A DNA stretch of 64,000 nucleotides, taken from Paraspadella gotoi (Eukaryota; Animalia; Chaetognatha). The DNA lies in the NCBI GenBank assembly GCA_051294375.1, contig CM119270.1, positions 260,713-324,712 on the forward strand. The letters run 5' to 3'. Below the pieces are notes generated by a model, which did not search any database, was not told where the DNA came from, and worked only from the letters and a program-made list of their open reading frames with translations. Shown here one piece after another: positions 13,426 through 26,433 of the stretch (positions are counted from its first letter, which is position 1; each line of letters starts with the position of its first letter). The translations under genes were made by a program, and so were the position numbers.

Positions 13426-14656
13426 AAACCCTATACCCAAATCCCAAACCATAATTTTGACCCCATTACCTAACCTAATCCCTCACCCCCTAACCTAACC
13501 TTTAAACCGGGATCCAAATCTACAAACTCACAAACTTAATTCCGAATTTAAAACGAAATGAGGCGCTTTGAGAAAATAAGGCCAACCTGATGCGTGTAAG
13601 TGGTTTTGATGAAGAAATCCAAGGCGTCCGTCGGCGCCTCTGGATCAGAATGGAAGATGGTTCGTCGATGCGACGAGAGAGTTGGATGATGGTAGAGTCG
13701 TTCCCAAGGATGTTGCTGCAGTGAAGGTTTGGAGAAAGAGGAGAGAGATGGGGTTCTTTCTTTCTTTCTTTCTTTCTTTCTTTTCTTTCAACTTTCCACA
13801 GATTGTGTCAAAACCCTAAAGTCGCCTTATATTTACAATTAATCTCTTTCCATCTTGTTAGTTGCGCCGCGAGTAGAGCAACTCTATAGGTCGGTCGGTC
13901 GATTGAAATTTCAACAGAAACAAATAGCGCTACCTTTTGTTTTAAAAAGAAAATATGAATAGAATAAAAGATCGAATTTGGATGCAGTATTATTCAATTA
14001 TTCAATTAGCGCTACCTTTTGTTTTAAAAAGAAAATATGAATAGAATAAAAGATCGAATTTGGATGCAGTATTATTCACGTTTTCACACAAAAATAAATG
14101 TGAAAGGAAGTCTCGTAAGTAGCAAATATGCAATATGCAAATGAGTTTTTAAAATGAGGCTCGTAAAAACAAATGAACACTTATTTCACCTTTTGCGCGA
14201 GTCTGGTCGGCATTTTGAAAGTCCTGAAGTTTCTCTCGTTTCTTCCAATAAAATCGTCGTCGTTTTGTAATTTTGGAAAAGGATAAGGATTTCTCAGTGA
14301 CTGACCGACCGACCCGATATGGTAAGGGGCGGTAAGTGTGGTCGCCATAGCTTCGGCCGGCATTGCCTATTGTGACAAAAAAAATGGAACAAAGGAAATG
14401 TAATATTTAAAGTCCATTGAATTATTTTATTTTATTTTTTTTTTTAAATTTTAATATTCAAAGATTCAACTTGATTAAAACTACGCGGAAGTTTTGAATG
14501 AAGCGATTTATTACAGATGAGTCTCTTGAATAAATAAATAATTATTAATCAATTAATCGATTATTTTGTTTGTAAAATTTACCTATGTTTGTCTAGGGAA
14601 TTTCCGAAACGCCAGAGTTTTGAAAGACTAAATTTTATTAATCCTTGCGTGCTGCT

Positions 14657-14689
<33 letters not shown>

Positions 14690-16931
14690 NNNNNNNNNNN
14701 NNNNNNNNNNNNNNNNNNNNNNNNNNNNNNNNNNNNNNNNNNNNNNNNNNNNNNNNNNNNNNNNNNNNNNNNNNNNNNNNNNNNNNNNNNNNNNNNNNNN
14801 NNNNNNNNNNNNNNNNNNNNNNNNNNNNTCTCTCTCTCGCATGAAATTCGCTTGTTGCGTTGGAAACAAGAGGCTGGAAACCCGGAGACTAGAAATGAAA
14901 AGGAAAAGGAAAGAAAGGAAAATGAAGAGAAAGGAAGAGGAAAAAAGGAAGGGAACAAAAGAAAAAAGAGCGAAGAAAGGAAGATAAAGAAAAGAAGAGA
15001 TGTTATTATATTATTATATATATATTATATTAAATCAATATTAACAATTAATCAAACTGAAAAAAAAACCAGCAAAACAAATAACGTTATATTGTTTTAT
15101 TTTCTCTTCATCTGAGTATCGAGTTTTCTCCCAAACTCTCGACCTCTAAAAAGGTCATACTCTCTCTCTCTCTCTTTCTCTTTCTCTCTCNNNNNNNNNN
15201 NNNNNNNNNNNNNNNGGGAGAGATTCTATCTGTCTATGCTATTTATCTAACTAATCTTTTATCTATCTAACAAAGACAATATTTCTTAAAGTAAGTAATT
15301 AATTTCTGTTTTTTCTTTTATCTTTTATTCTTTTATGCTATATTCTATAATTCTTTATTCTATATCTCTATCCAATATATATACTCTATCTATCTATCTA
15401 TCTAATCTATCTATCTATCTATCTACTATCTATCTAAATCTATCTATCTATCTATCTAAACAAATCAACATTTCTTAAAGAAAAAGTAATTAATTTCTGT
15501 TTTTCTTTTATTCCTATGAGATTTGCAAAGAAAAAAGTTTTATAGCCAGCCAAGAAACATTAACGTATGTATCTTCCGCAAAATAGGCAAAGTAATCAAT
15601 ATTAAAACAAACAATTTTTTTTTTAAAACCGTGAAAACTCTTGTATCTAACGCTAATTACAACAAAATCTCGCGAACAAAAAAAGTCTTATTGTTTTTCC
15701 TACTTTTTTCTCGCGACATTAACTATGTTATTGTGTTTGACCGTCGTCGTCGTCGCTTTAGCGTAGTCATTGTCGTCGTCTGCCTCCTCCTTCTTCTTCC
15801 TCCTCCTTCCTCAATCTTCCTACTCCTCCTTCTCCTCCTCTCCACCTCCTTTTCCTCGCTCCTCACTCTTCTCCTCCCTCCTCTTCTGCTTCCCCTTCTT
15901 CTCATACTCTTCCTCCTCTCTCTTCCATCTCTTCATCCTCATTTCTCATCCCTCACTCCTCCTCTTTTCCTCCCCTTCTTCTCCTCCTCTTCCTCACTTC
16001 TCTCCTCCTCCTCCCTCCCAGTTTCAAGGGCAATAAAAAGTTCCATCAGGTTTCCTCGAAAAATCCGTGAAGAGCTTCTTGCGTGTGATGAGAAGCGATG
16101 GCGAGTTTGACTTCGTGTGGGTGAAGACGCCTGAGGACAATTGTTCCTTCGTTCCTTCGTTCCTTCGTTCCTTCGTTTCTATAGTTCGTTCCTTCGTTCG
16201 TTCGTTCGTTCCGTTCGTTAGTTCGTTCTCGTTTCGTTCGTTCGTTCGTTCGGCCGGTTCGTTCCGGTTCGTTCGTTCGTTTCGTTTCGTTTCATTCGTT
16301 AATTCGTTCATTCATTCATTCATTCATGGTCATTCATGTCATTTCATTCTTCATTCATTCATTCATTCATCTCATTCATTCATGTCTCGTTCGTGCGTTC
16401 GTTCGCGTTCGTTTTTCGTTTCATGATCGTTATCGTCATTCATTCAGAATTCCATTCCATTCATTCATTCCCCCCCAAAATTTATCATTTCATTCATTCA
16501 TTCATTCATTCATTCATTGCTTTAAATTCATTTATTAAATTCATTCGATCTATATTTAATCAATCAAATGTAATCAATTAAATCGCTCAACCAAATTCAC
16601 CTTAATGAATAAATTAATCATCAAAATCAAAAAAACCAATCAATCAAAATGCAAATCAATTAATCAAATTAATTATGACCTCTGGTAAACGTGATTATTT
16701 TCACAGGGGTTGGTTGAGGAGGAGGCGCCACTTCGCTGGAGGCGCTGAATCGATTCTCGACGTAAAAACAAAAGGAAAAACAAAATGAAAGTTGAAAAGA
16801 AAAAAAGAAACAAAGAAACAAATGAACATCGAATGAAAACGAATGCAAGTTAAGAGACAAAAAACGTGAAACTTTTTTTTGGAGAAAATGTTTCTCCCCT
16901 TCGTTAACTTTTCCATTTCTCTCTTCCTTTC

Positions 16932-16962
<31 letters not shown>

Positions 16963-18024
16963 ATCTCTCTCGGTCTTCTCTCTCTCTCTCTCTCCTCGTC
17001 TCTTCTCTCTTCACATTGAGTTTCCTAAATGCAGGAAGTCCAAGCGTCTTCGGGCATGAACAACGTCTCCGCTTTGCCTGATCAGAATTTGTCCTGAAAG
17101 AAGGCGAGAAAGAAAGTTTAGGCCGTATTTTCCCAATAAAATCTCCCATTCTTAGCTTAATTCAGAAGTTTTTTAAAAATTTGAAAACATTTATCAGGGG
17201 TTAGAGATAAGGGTCCCGGTTAAAGTTTTGGGTTATGGAACTTGGTTGGCGATTAGTAAAGAATTTTAGGTTATGGATAAAGGTTTACATCTAGAAAAAA
17301 AGTTAGAAACCATTTTTAATTGAGGATATCTACTCGAAAACTTGCTCGAATTTTTTAAAAATCAGGATGTTTCAGATTCCACACTAAAAATTTCCTTTCA
17401 AGTTGCTTCCTTCCATTTTTTCGTAGACCCAACCGTAAATAGAAGTTAGAGGCAAAATAAGATTGCTACCTCAAGTGAAAAATGGCGGAAAAAATCGCCT
17501 TAGTTTCCACAACTTCTTGGTATTGAGTTATTTTGTTTTTATTGTCAAATTGAGTTAGTTATTTTTTTTTCCATTTTTTAAATTTGGTTATGCGAATAAG
17601 TACAGCCCCTCTCTTGGTTCATAAAGGTGCAATTGTAGCTCTGAGAAAAGAGGGAAAGACGTAAACAATTCATCAGAATAGACTTGGATCCCTCGTTCCA
17701 GCCATTAGCAAAATTTTTTACGGCGATACAACAAATCAAAACATTTGGTGTGTCAGCTTTAACGAGAGCATGCCCCAGACGAATGGCAGGCAGTGGTCGA
17801 TGCGAGGGAGGGGCATACCAAATTTATTGAGAATGTTTTACCCCATGTTTTGTATAATTTTTTATTGAATAAATGAACTTTTAAAAAAAAATGTTTCTAA
17901 CTTTTTTCCCTAGATAGTAAGGGTTAAAGGATTAGGTTTATTTGATTATTATTGGTGGTTAGACTAAAGGTTTAGATTAGAATTAGACTAAAGGGATTAG
18001 ATTAGAATTAGACTCAAGGATTTA

Positions 18025-18205
18025 GTAAAACACCCGCTTATGAACCATGTTACAACGGGTTAAGCGCCTCGTACTCTTAATCTGTTTAGCAAGCCAACCG
18101 TGCCTAGAACCCCGGAACCTTTTGGATGGGAGGCCGAAATGACACTTGCATCCGGCACCAAATCGCCGCTGATGAAAATGGTTGGTGGATTTTAGTCAAC
18201 CATAA
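18025..18205 (-). mobile_element. Family B repeat, degenerate copy
   Basis: CCATGTTACAACGGGTTAAGCGCC...GGTTGGTGGATTTTAGTCAACCATA. Confidence 0.7.
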
Positions 18206-18341
18206 TATCCCCAAAAGGCCAGAAACAGAAAGCGACCGTCCGCGCTCGGTTCTATGGCAACGTCCGCCTCCGACACAATGCCATAAATGCTTAATTAACG
18301 ACCGCGAGAGAGAAGAGAGAGAGAGAGAGGAGAGAGCAGAG

Positions 18342-18381
<40 letters not shown>

Positions 18382-18620
18382 AGAAAGAGAATTGGAGATT
18401 TGATTAATTCGTTAATCAACAAAAACCGATGTCGTTTTGTTTGCGCGTCGGGTTCCATTCCCTCTATCAATCGGAAGCGAATCTACACAAATGAACTCAA
18501 GAGAAATGGAATTCCCTAGGAATATTTTGGAATGCCGAGATTCACTCTCTCTGTCGGAGAGTGCGAGTGTTTTCTCTCATTAGCTCTCCTCTCGATCTCA
18601 TCTCTCTCTCTCTCTTCTCT

Positions 18621-18661
<41 letters not shown>

Positions 18662-20303
18662 TTCTCTTTTTTTCTCTCTCTTTATTTTTTTAGATAGTTT
18701 TAATAATAGCAAAACCTTTTTTTGGTAGTTTGTCTTTTGTCAAATCTTTTTGTCGCCTATAAAAACATTCCTCCGTGACAGAAATGGCTCAATGAGTAAA
18801 AAATCGGTTAATGACGATACATAACCGGGTTCAATTCTAAACCCGTTACCCTACCCTGAAGGGAAGCGTGAACCCTCTTAATGGCGTCACGACCCTGCAA
18901 ACAAGGATTACTATCTAGGAAAAATCCATATCATATTTTTAGCGAGAATATTTACTCGTTTGAATTTTAAAAAATCAGAATATTTTTCAAAATAATATAT
19001 ATTTTTTTCAGTAGGCTCCTTCCATTTTTTCGTAGTTCAAAATCAATTAGAAGTTAGAGGCCCAAAAAAGATTGCTACTTCACAATGATAAATGGCGAAT
19101 GGCGAAAATGGCATTGCCCTTTTTGTGTAAAATTGCTATTAATATCTCTCAGAAAAAATAGGAAAAAACGTGCAAACATCAAAATATCAAGGCTGAAAAG
19201 AAATGCGTTAAAAGATGTGGAAAAAACCAGATAATACAAGCAGTCATCGAAGCAAGAGATGGCATAAATAACAAATATTGAGAAAATGTTTATTTATGTT
19301 TATATATTTTTTATTGAAAATAAATTGAACATCTATGTAATAATACTTTTTTCCTAAATAGTAGAGGATATTGAAAAACTATGGATGTCAATGTCATCTT
19401 TAGGCAACTTATCTCCTATCTAAAAATATTTCTCGTTGATGTCCATTTACAGGGTAAATTCTAGCTTCATTAAAGAGATTTATTAATTTACAAGACATAA
19501 TAAAAATAATTTAAAGCAAAAGATAAAAAAAAATTCCTCTTTTTGATGGCACTCTTTTCCAGAAATATCCTATTATGTTTTAATTTAGTTTTAACTATTA
19601 TTATAATACAACTTGTAAATAATCTTTTTGTCATCAATTATGGATAAGAGCCACGTTAATTGACTTTAAGAGTTTTATCCAAAACTTTTTAACCCTCTGG
19701 CAGCCCAGGAACAGGTTTATACTTAGAACAAAGCTTGGTGGTTGTCCAGGCCCTAAGGTAAGTTTAAAGTACGTTCTCACGCTTCCCGCAGGTAAGTATT
19801 ATTGGTGATTGATTTATACCTTTACTGAGCACTGGGTCATAACAGAAAGATATCTTTTTTATAAAGAGCAAGTGTAACTATGCTAAAAAATATACTACAA
19901 AAAACCCATAACCCAAATCCCAAACGATAATTTTGACCCCAATACCTAAGCCTAATCCTCCCTACCCTCACCCCCAACCTAACTTTAAACCGGGATCCAA
20001 ATCTACAAACTCACAAACTTAATTCCGAATTTAAAACAAATGAGCGCTTTTAGAAATAAGCCAACCTGATGCGTGTAAGTGGGTTTTGATGAAGAAATCC
20101 AAGCGCCGTCGGCGCCTCTGATCAAGAATGGAAGATGGTTCGTCGATGCGAACGAAGAGTTGGATGATGGTAGAGTCGTTCCAAAGGATGTTGCTGCAAA
20201 GTGAAGGTTTGGAGAAAAAGAGGAGAAGAGAATGGGCTTCTTTTTCTTTCTTTCTTTCTTTTCTTTTCTTTCTCTTTCTTTCTTTCTTCTTTTCTTTCAA
20301 TTC

Positions 20304-20340
<37 letters not shown>

Positions 20341-23151
20341 TATACCAAAAACACATAAGATATGACAAGTTAATCTGGTCGTTTATAATGTTATTTTAAA
20401 AAATATTTTACATTTAACTGATAGGAAATGATGTCAATATTGTTGAATGTAACATTTCAAATTCAATCGACCCCACAGCCGGTTGAAAATAATCAACAAA
20501 AAAAATGGTCATTTTCCACGCCCAATTTTTAAACAAATCTGCGTCGTTTAAATCTTTTCTTTTTGGTCCACTTAAATTTTTACTTTTGCCGAGTGACTTC
20601 ATTGGTATAAAAAAATTGATTTTCTTTGATATCTTTGAACCAAAAATGATAGAAACGATGAGACTGGTATCAATATTACAACCATAATTAATGGGGCATC
20701 TTTTCCATATAATTTTTTCTCAAAATATTTCGCAACGTGATTTTCTTAAAAAATCTGGATCGAAATCTTAGTCAAAAAGTATAACAACTTTTAAAATTAA
20801 ATTAAACACACCTTTGCTGTATTAAAAAAATAATGAATATAGATTCTGAAAGAGAACAAATTTGAATTATGTTTCTGATTATAACAAAAATTTTCTATAC
20901 CTGCAAATGTTTATATAAATTACTAAGGAAAATGAATTATCATTTTGTTGAAAACCAAAAATAAAAATTCATGAAGGAACTTAAAAAACATATGATTTAA
21001 ATAATGAAAATTTAGGAGTTTCAACTTTGTTCCGCGATTTAAAAACCTACTGACATAGGGCTAAAAGGCCTATAAAAATTAATCAGATTTTTAAATTTTT
21101 GTCCAATCTTCAGGTTGCAAATTAAAACCTTTGCCATAATGCCCATTAGCTATATTAATATAACTATTTTTTATTAAAAAAAGCATAAAACAATCTTTTT
21201 TAATAACACGCCAAAGCATGTAGCTGTATGTAAAATTGTTGTTTTTTTAATTTTTTTATTATTATACAAGGCTTTATCAAAATAAAGGGGTAATTGCAAA
21301 GAAAATAGTTATTTCAGGCTCCAATATTGATAACTATGATATCAATGAATTTCTTTGTTCCCGGCAAAGAAATGTACCTAAGACATTGTAAGTTCATTAG
21401 CTTAATCTTTTATTTTATAATTTTAAAAGGGCAATGTTTGGCAAAAACAGTAAGAAAACAAAAATGACAAAAATTTTTGGAGAAAAATTTGGATTAATTT
21501 GCTATTAATTTCTTACTATGTCGTCAATTTTTTTTTCGTTAATGTGCTTTGAAAGTTAGGCTAAAACCCAACAAAATCGCGAATCATGCATGAACCGCTG
21601 TATATTTAATTGATTTATACAGTAAGATACCGCAATAAAAAAAAATTTAAAAAAGAATTCAGACCAAGCGTCGTGTTATTTTCAGTATTTTTTTTTAGTC
21701 AAGACCTTAATGGATTTTCTTTGTTCCGGCGGCGTTGGATAGCCCAACACTGCAGTTTCAGAAATCATCCATGGTTTTGTAAATATTTACTGCGCTAAAC
21801 TGGTGGCAAAAAATTGGCTAGGAACCAAATTATCAAAACCGCTTCGTTCTTTCGGATTTTTTTTTAACGCGGAGCGTCATATCTAAAAACAGTATTGACA
21901 AAAATCAAAAACAGTAATTCAGTGTAAAACTAGAACCAGCAGTAACAAGTAAAACTAAAACTATTAAAATTCAACAAAAAAAAGACACTAACAGTTTAAA
22001 ATTGACTCATAAATAAAATGTTATGAAACTAATTCATAAGACTATAAAAATATAACGTTCAAGGAAACGCTTCCAAATTTCAAATTTTTAAAACAAAAAA
22101 ACATCAAAAACAAAGACACAAACGTTTAAATGGACTCAAGACAAACAAAAACAAAACACAAAAATATAAAGCAAAACGAAAAACAACGTTAATAAAAGTA
22201 ATAAACAAAAAAAAATTAATAAAAAAAAAAAAAAGAAACAAAAAGAAAAAATATAAGCATAAATGAAAATATACCTAAAATGTATAATTATAATGTGTTA
22301 AAAGTAAAGGGCAAAACTAGATTTTTTAAAATAATTTTAATAAATCGTAAAACCGGAAAAGTAAAAAAGTGTTTAAAGTAAAAAACAAAAAAATGTCTAG
22401 TATAAAAAGTGTATAATGCGAAAATGTAATAAACGAAAAACGTAAAACGTCATGGTTTTTATTTTTAAAAGCCGTCATTATAAGTATTTACATGCTTAGT
22501 GTATAACATATACCCAAAAATTTATAATTACAAATGTGTTAAAGTAAAGGGCAGAGGGACCACAACGCTATTAATAGAAATAAAAAACTACAATCAATAT
22601 ATATATATATATATACACACATACACATATTTTTAAATAATAATCAACAGAAAGACAACTAATAAAACAAAGACGCTAAAAACAGAAAGACACTAATAAA
22701 AACAAAAGACCTAAAAACATAAAGACACTAATAAAAACAAAAGACGCTATAAAACGCTATAAAAACGCTAATAAAACAGAAAATAAAACAAAAACAAAAG
22801 ACGCTAATTAAAACAAAGAGACGCTAAAAACAAAATGAGAACGCTAATAAATACTCAAACCTATATTAATAATACAAACAGACGCTAATAAACAAAGATA
22901 TAGATATGTGGTCCCATCAATACCTGAATAAGCCAAATACCCAATACGAAGATACCCTCATTGATTAATAAGTTCCCAATAGCCAATTTTAACCTCCGTT
23001 TAATTAAGTTTCCCCACTCTACAGTCCCATTCTGGTGGTGCCCTATCACCAACAGATAAATTAAAGGCTGTTGCTTTCGCATGCGCCTCGGTGGCTCAGT
23101 GGAACTAATGCACCAATCCCAATGTGCGTCCCTGTTCGAGCCCTGAGGTTG

Positions 23152-23234
23152 TCATAGTAAGAAAGTGGATGGACCGGGTAACCGCCTGTAGGCATGGGCC
23201 TACTTTGCCAGATCCAAAAGCTCTGACTACATGA
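23152..23234 (+). ncRNA. Putative P5-type twister ribozyme (family C, copy 1)
   Basis: P5 TCAT(a)GTA(a)G/CTACATGA; GA-TGGA (T1'); TAA cleavage motif; GC (T2); P3 GTAGGC/GCCTAC; P4 CAGA/TCTG; L4 TCCA-(A)AAGC. Confidence 0.65.
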
Positions 23235-23613
23235 ACATGCTGTCTCGCTGTCGCCAACGAGGTGGACACCGCTGCACGGGTGTGGCGCCCTGTAACCTCC
23301 TCCTTTCAATGGTGAGCCCGACTGATCCCGAACACGCACCCGGCATGATATACTCCTCTGCCTTGATGTGGGTTTGAAGCACACAGCCTGCCACTCAACG
23401 CAAAGGCCACCAGCAATGAAGAGAAGGTTCACGAAGAGACATGCGCTTCCATCCCCTGCTTCGTAACTCTCATATGCGAGAGTCCTGGGGCGGCTGTCTG
23501 GTGTCCCTATCACCAACAGATTAAATTAAAAGTGTTGCTTCGCAGCGCGCTCGGTGGCTCAGTGGGACTAATGCACCAATCCCAATGTGCGTCCCTGGTT
23601 CGAGCCCTGAGTG

Positions 23614-23693
23614 TCATGTAGAAAGTGGGATGGGACCGGTAACCCGCTGTAGGCATGGCCTAATGCCAAGATCCAAAGCTCTGGACTACATGA
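23614..23693 (+). ncRNA. Putative P5-type twister ribozyme (family C, copy 2)
   Basis: Perfect P5 TCATGTAG/CTACATGA; TAA-CCC-GC; P3 TAGGC/GCCTA; L4 TCCAAAGC; P4' TCTGG. A few 1-bp indels relative to copy 1. Confidence 0.65.
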
Positions 23694-25236
23694 ACATATA
23701 GCTGTCTCGCTGTCGCACGAGGTGACAACCCGCTCGGGTGTGGCGCCCTGTAAAACCAAGCCCCTCTTCACCACATCATTTAATGTGTTCCAACCTAAAG
23801 TCGCCTATATTTTACAATTAATCTCTTTCATTTGTTAAGTGCGCCGCGAGTTAGAGCACTCTATAGTCGTCGTCGGTCGAAATGTCAACAAGAAACAAAA
23901 TAGCGCTAAAACCTTTGTTTAAAAAAGAAAATATGAATAGAATAAAAGATCGAATTTGGATGCAGTATTATCAATTAATTCATTAGCGCTACCTTTTGTT
24001 TTAAAAAGAAATATGAATAGAATAAAAGATCGAATTTGGAAATGCAGTATTATTCAATTATTCAATTAGCGCTACCTTTTGTTTTAAAAAGAAAATATGA
24101 AATAGAATAAAAGATCGAAATTTTGGATGCAGTATTATTCTCGTTTTCACCACAAAAATAAAATGTGAAAGGAATCCTCGTAAGTTTAGCAAATATGCAA
24201 ATATGCAAATGAGTTTTTAAAATGAGGCTCGTAAAAACAAATGAACACTTAATTTCAACCTTTTGCGCGAGTCTGGTCGGCATTTTGAAAGTCCCTGAAT
24301 TTCTCTCGTTTCTTCCAAAATCGTCGTCGTTTTTGTAATTTGGAAAAGGATAAGATTTCTCATGACTGACCGAGCCACCGATAATGGTAGGGGCGGTAAG
24401 TGTGGTCGCCATAGCTTCGGCCGCATTGCCTATTGTGACAAAAAAATGAACAAAAAGGAAATGTAAATATTTAAAGTCCATTGAATATTTATTTTTAATT
24501 TTTTTTTTTAAAATTTTAATATTCAAAGATTCAACTTTGATTAAAACTACGCGAAAGTTTTGAATGAAAGCGATTTATTACAGTAATGAGTCTCTGAATA
24601 AATAAATAATTATTAATCAATTAATCGATTATCTTTGTTTGTAAAAAATTTACCGTATGTTTGTCTAGGGAATTTCCGAAACGCCAAGAGTTTTGAAAGA
24701 CTAAATTTATTAATTCCTTGCCGTGCTGCTGCTCTCTCTCTCTTCTTCTCTCTCTCTCTCAGTTCTCTCTCTCTCTCTCCTCTCTCTCTTTCTCTCTCTC
24801 TTCTCTCTCTCTCTTCTCTTCTTCTCTCTTCTCATCCTCTCTCTCTCGTCTCCTTCTCTCTCTCTCGCATGAAATTCGCGTTGTTGCGTTGGAAACAAGA
24901 AGGCTGGAAACCCGGAACTAGAAATGAAAAGGAAAGGAAAGAAAGGAAATGAAGAGAAAAGGAAAGAGGAAAAACGGAAGGGAACAAAGAAAAAAGAGGC
25001 GAAGAAAGGAAGATAAAGAAAAGAAGAATGTTTATTATATTATTATAATATATATTATATTAATTCATTTAACAATTAATCAAACTGAAAAAAACCAAGC
25101 AAAACAAATAACGTTTATATTGTTTTATTTTCTCTTCAATCTGAGTATCGAGTTTTCTCGCCAAACTCCTCGACCTCTAAAAAGGTCATACTCTCTCTCT
25201 CTCTCTTCCTCTTTCTCTCTCTTTCTCTCTCTTCTC

Positions 25237-25289
<53 letters not shown>

Positions 25290-25393
25290 TCTCTCCTTTC
25301 CAATATTTAAAGCTTCGGGTCAAAGTTCGAAAAAAGAAAAACCTGAGAAAACGATTTAGTTCAGGTAAACGAGCCAAGAAGGGAGAAGAAGGT

Positions 25394-25465
<72 letters not shown>

Positions 25466-26369
25466 ATCTCAGTGTGGCCATTTGACCTTTTTTACTTTTA
25501 TATCACTTTTATTTCCCTGTGATTTTGTACACTGACTTGACCACAAATGACTCACAGTGCCAAACGTAATTGTCGTTCATTCCTTTGGCAACAATAATAA
25601 TTATTTCTCATCGACTTGCCATGCCATGCCTTGCCATGAGGTACAAAGGTCTGAAAGATTATTGCTTTCTACTTTTCTCTAAAAAGAAAAGATAGATTAA
25701 GAAAGGTAAAATTATTTTTGGCTTTAGACAACATAAACACATAAAAACTGAAATCTCGAGAAATGTTTGATCCTTGCTAAGTTACCATAACGAACGTAAA
25801 TGATTTGAGTAGTGTTATTACCAAAAAATAAATTAGACATGAATATTTGTTTGCCCAGAAATATATAGTTATATACATTATACAATACACTTTTTAGTTT
25901 CCAAATAAAAAAATTTAAAAAAAAAAATTCTTAAAAAAGAAAAAGACCGAGATTCCTTGTTCTTTTGTTTTATATTAGCGATTCTCAATTAAATTTGGTC
26001 GATGCTGCCACCTATCAACAAATTTAGTCAAGAGCATTCGATGAATAACAAAAGACTCAGAGGAATGAAAACTTTTCGTTTTAAATTAAATTTATTTATT
26101 CGATAAATAATATTTATTATTCCATTTATAAATGTAAAAACTCAGACTCATGTTATCAAGAATATAAAATACGTAAAAAAATAATTCGAATTTTTCTGTC
26201 TTTATTCGTATAGCGATCAATTTAAGTACTGAACTATCCTGTCTGTCTTGTTAAAAAGTTTTAAAATAACTTGATACAAAATCCATCGATAAAACTATAA
26301 ACTTAACAAGAAATAAAAAAAATTAATTAACAGTCGATTCAACAAAGGAAATGAAAATAAACAATAATA

Positions 26370-26397
26370 TTAAGGATTAACATTCAATTCGTCTTTA

Positions 26398-26433
<36 letters not shown>

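Larger units (their letters stand above)
300..14372 (-). other. Fragments of an unidentified spliced gene, repeated with the duplicated blocks
   Basis: GC-richer, exon-like islands on the minus strand, mostly with AG/GT borders: ~14190-14368, ~13586-13716 (NILWNDSTIIQLFVRIDEPSS in the 20031 ORF copy), ~7280-7391, ~301-380 (DKFLSSKAETLFMARDAWTSCIRKLK, reconstructed across copies). Frames are broken by indels that differ between copies. Confidence 0.35.
23030..23765 (+). mobile_element. Family C: head-to-tail ~462-bp tandem (about 1.6 units) of tRNA-like head plus twister
   Basis: The unit repeats at ~23037 and ~23500 (GGTG(T)CCCTATCACCAACAG). Each unit has A box GGTGGCTCAGTGG and B box GTTCGAGCCC followed by a twister fold. 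Confidence 0.8.
1..25300. repeat. Mosaic of multi-kb duplicated blocks (2-3 copies each)
   Basis: About 500-3711 equals 8696-11907 (offset 8196; the ORF track is identical). Other pairs, with many 1-bp indels: 3738-5750 ~ 17325-19500; 6420-8700 ~ 15225-17225; 11907-13790 ~ 18390-20300; 13795-15190 ~ 23770-25290. Blocks are often separated by short N gaps. Confidence 0.9.
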
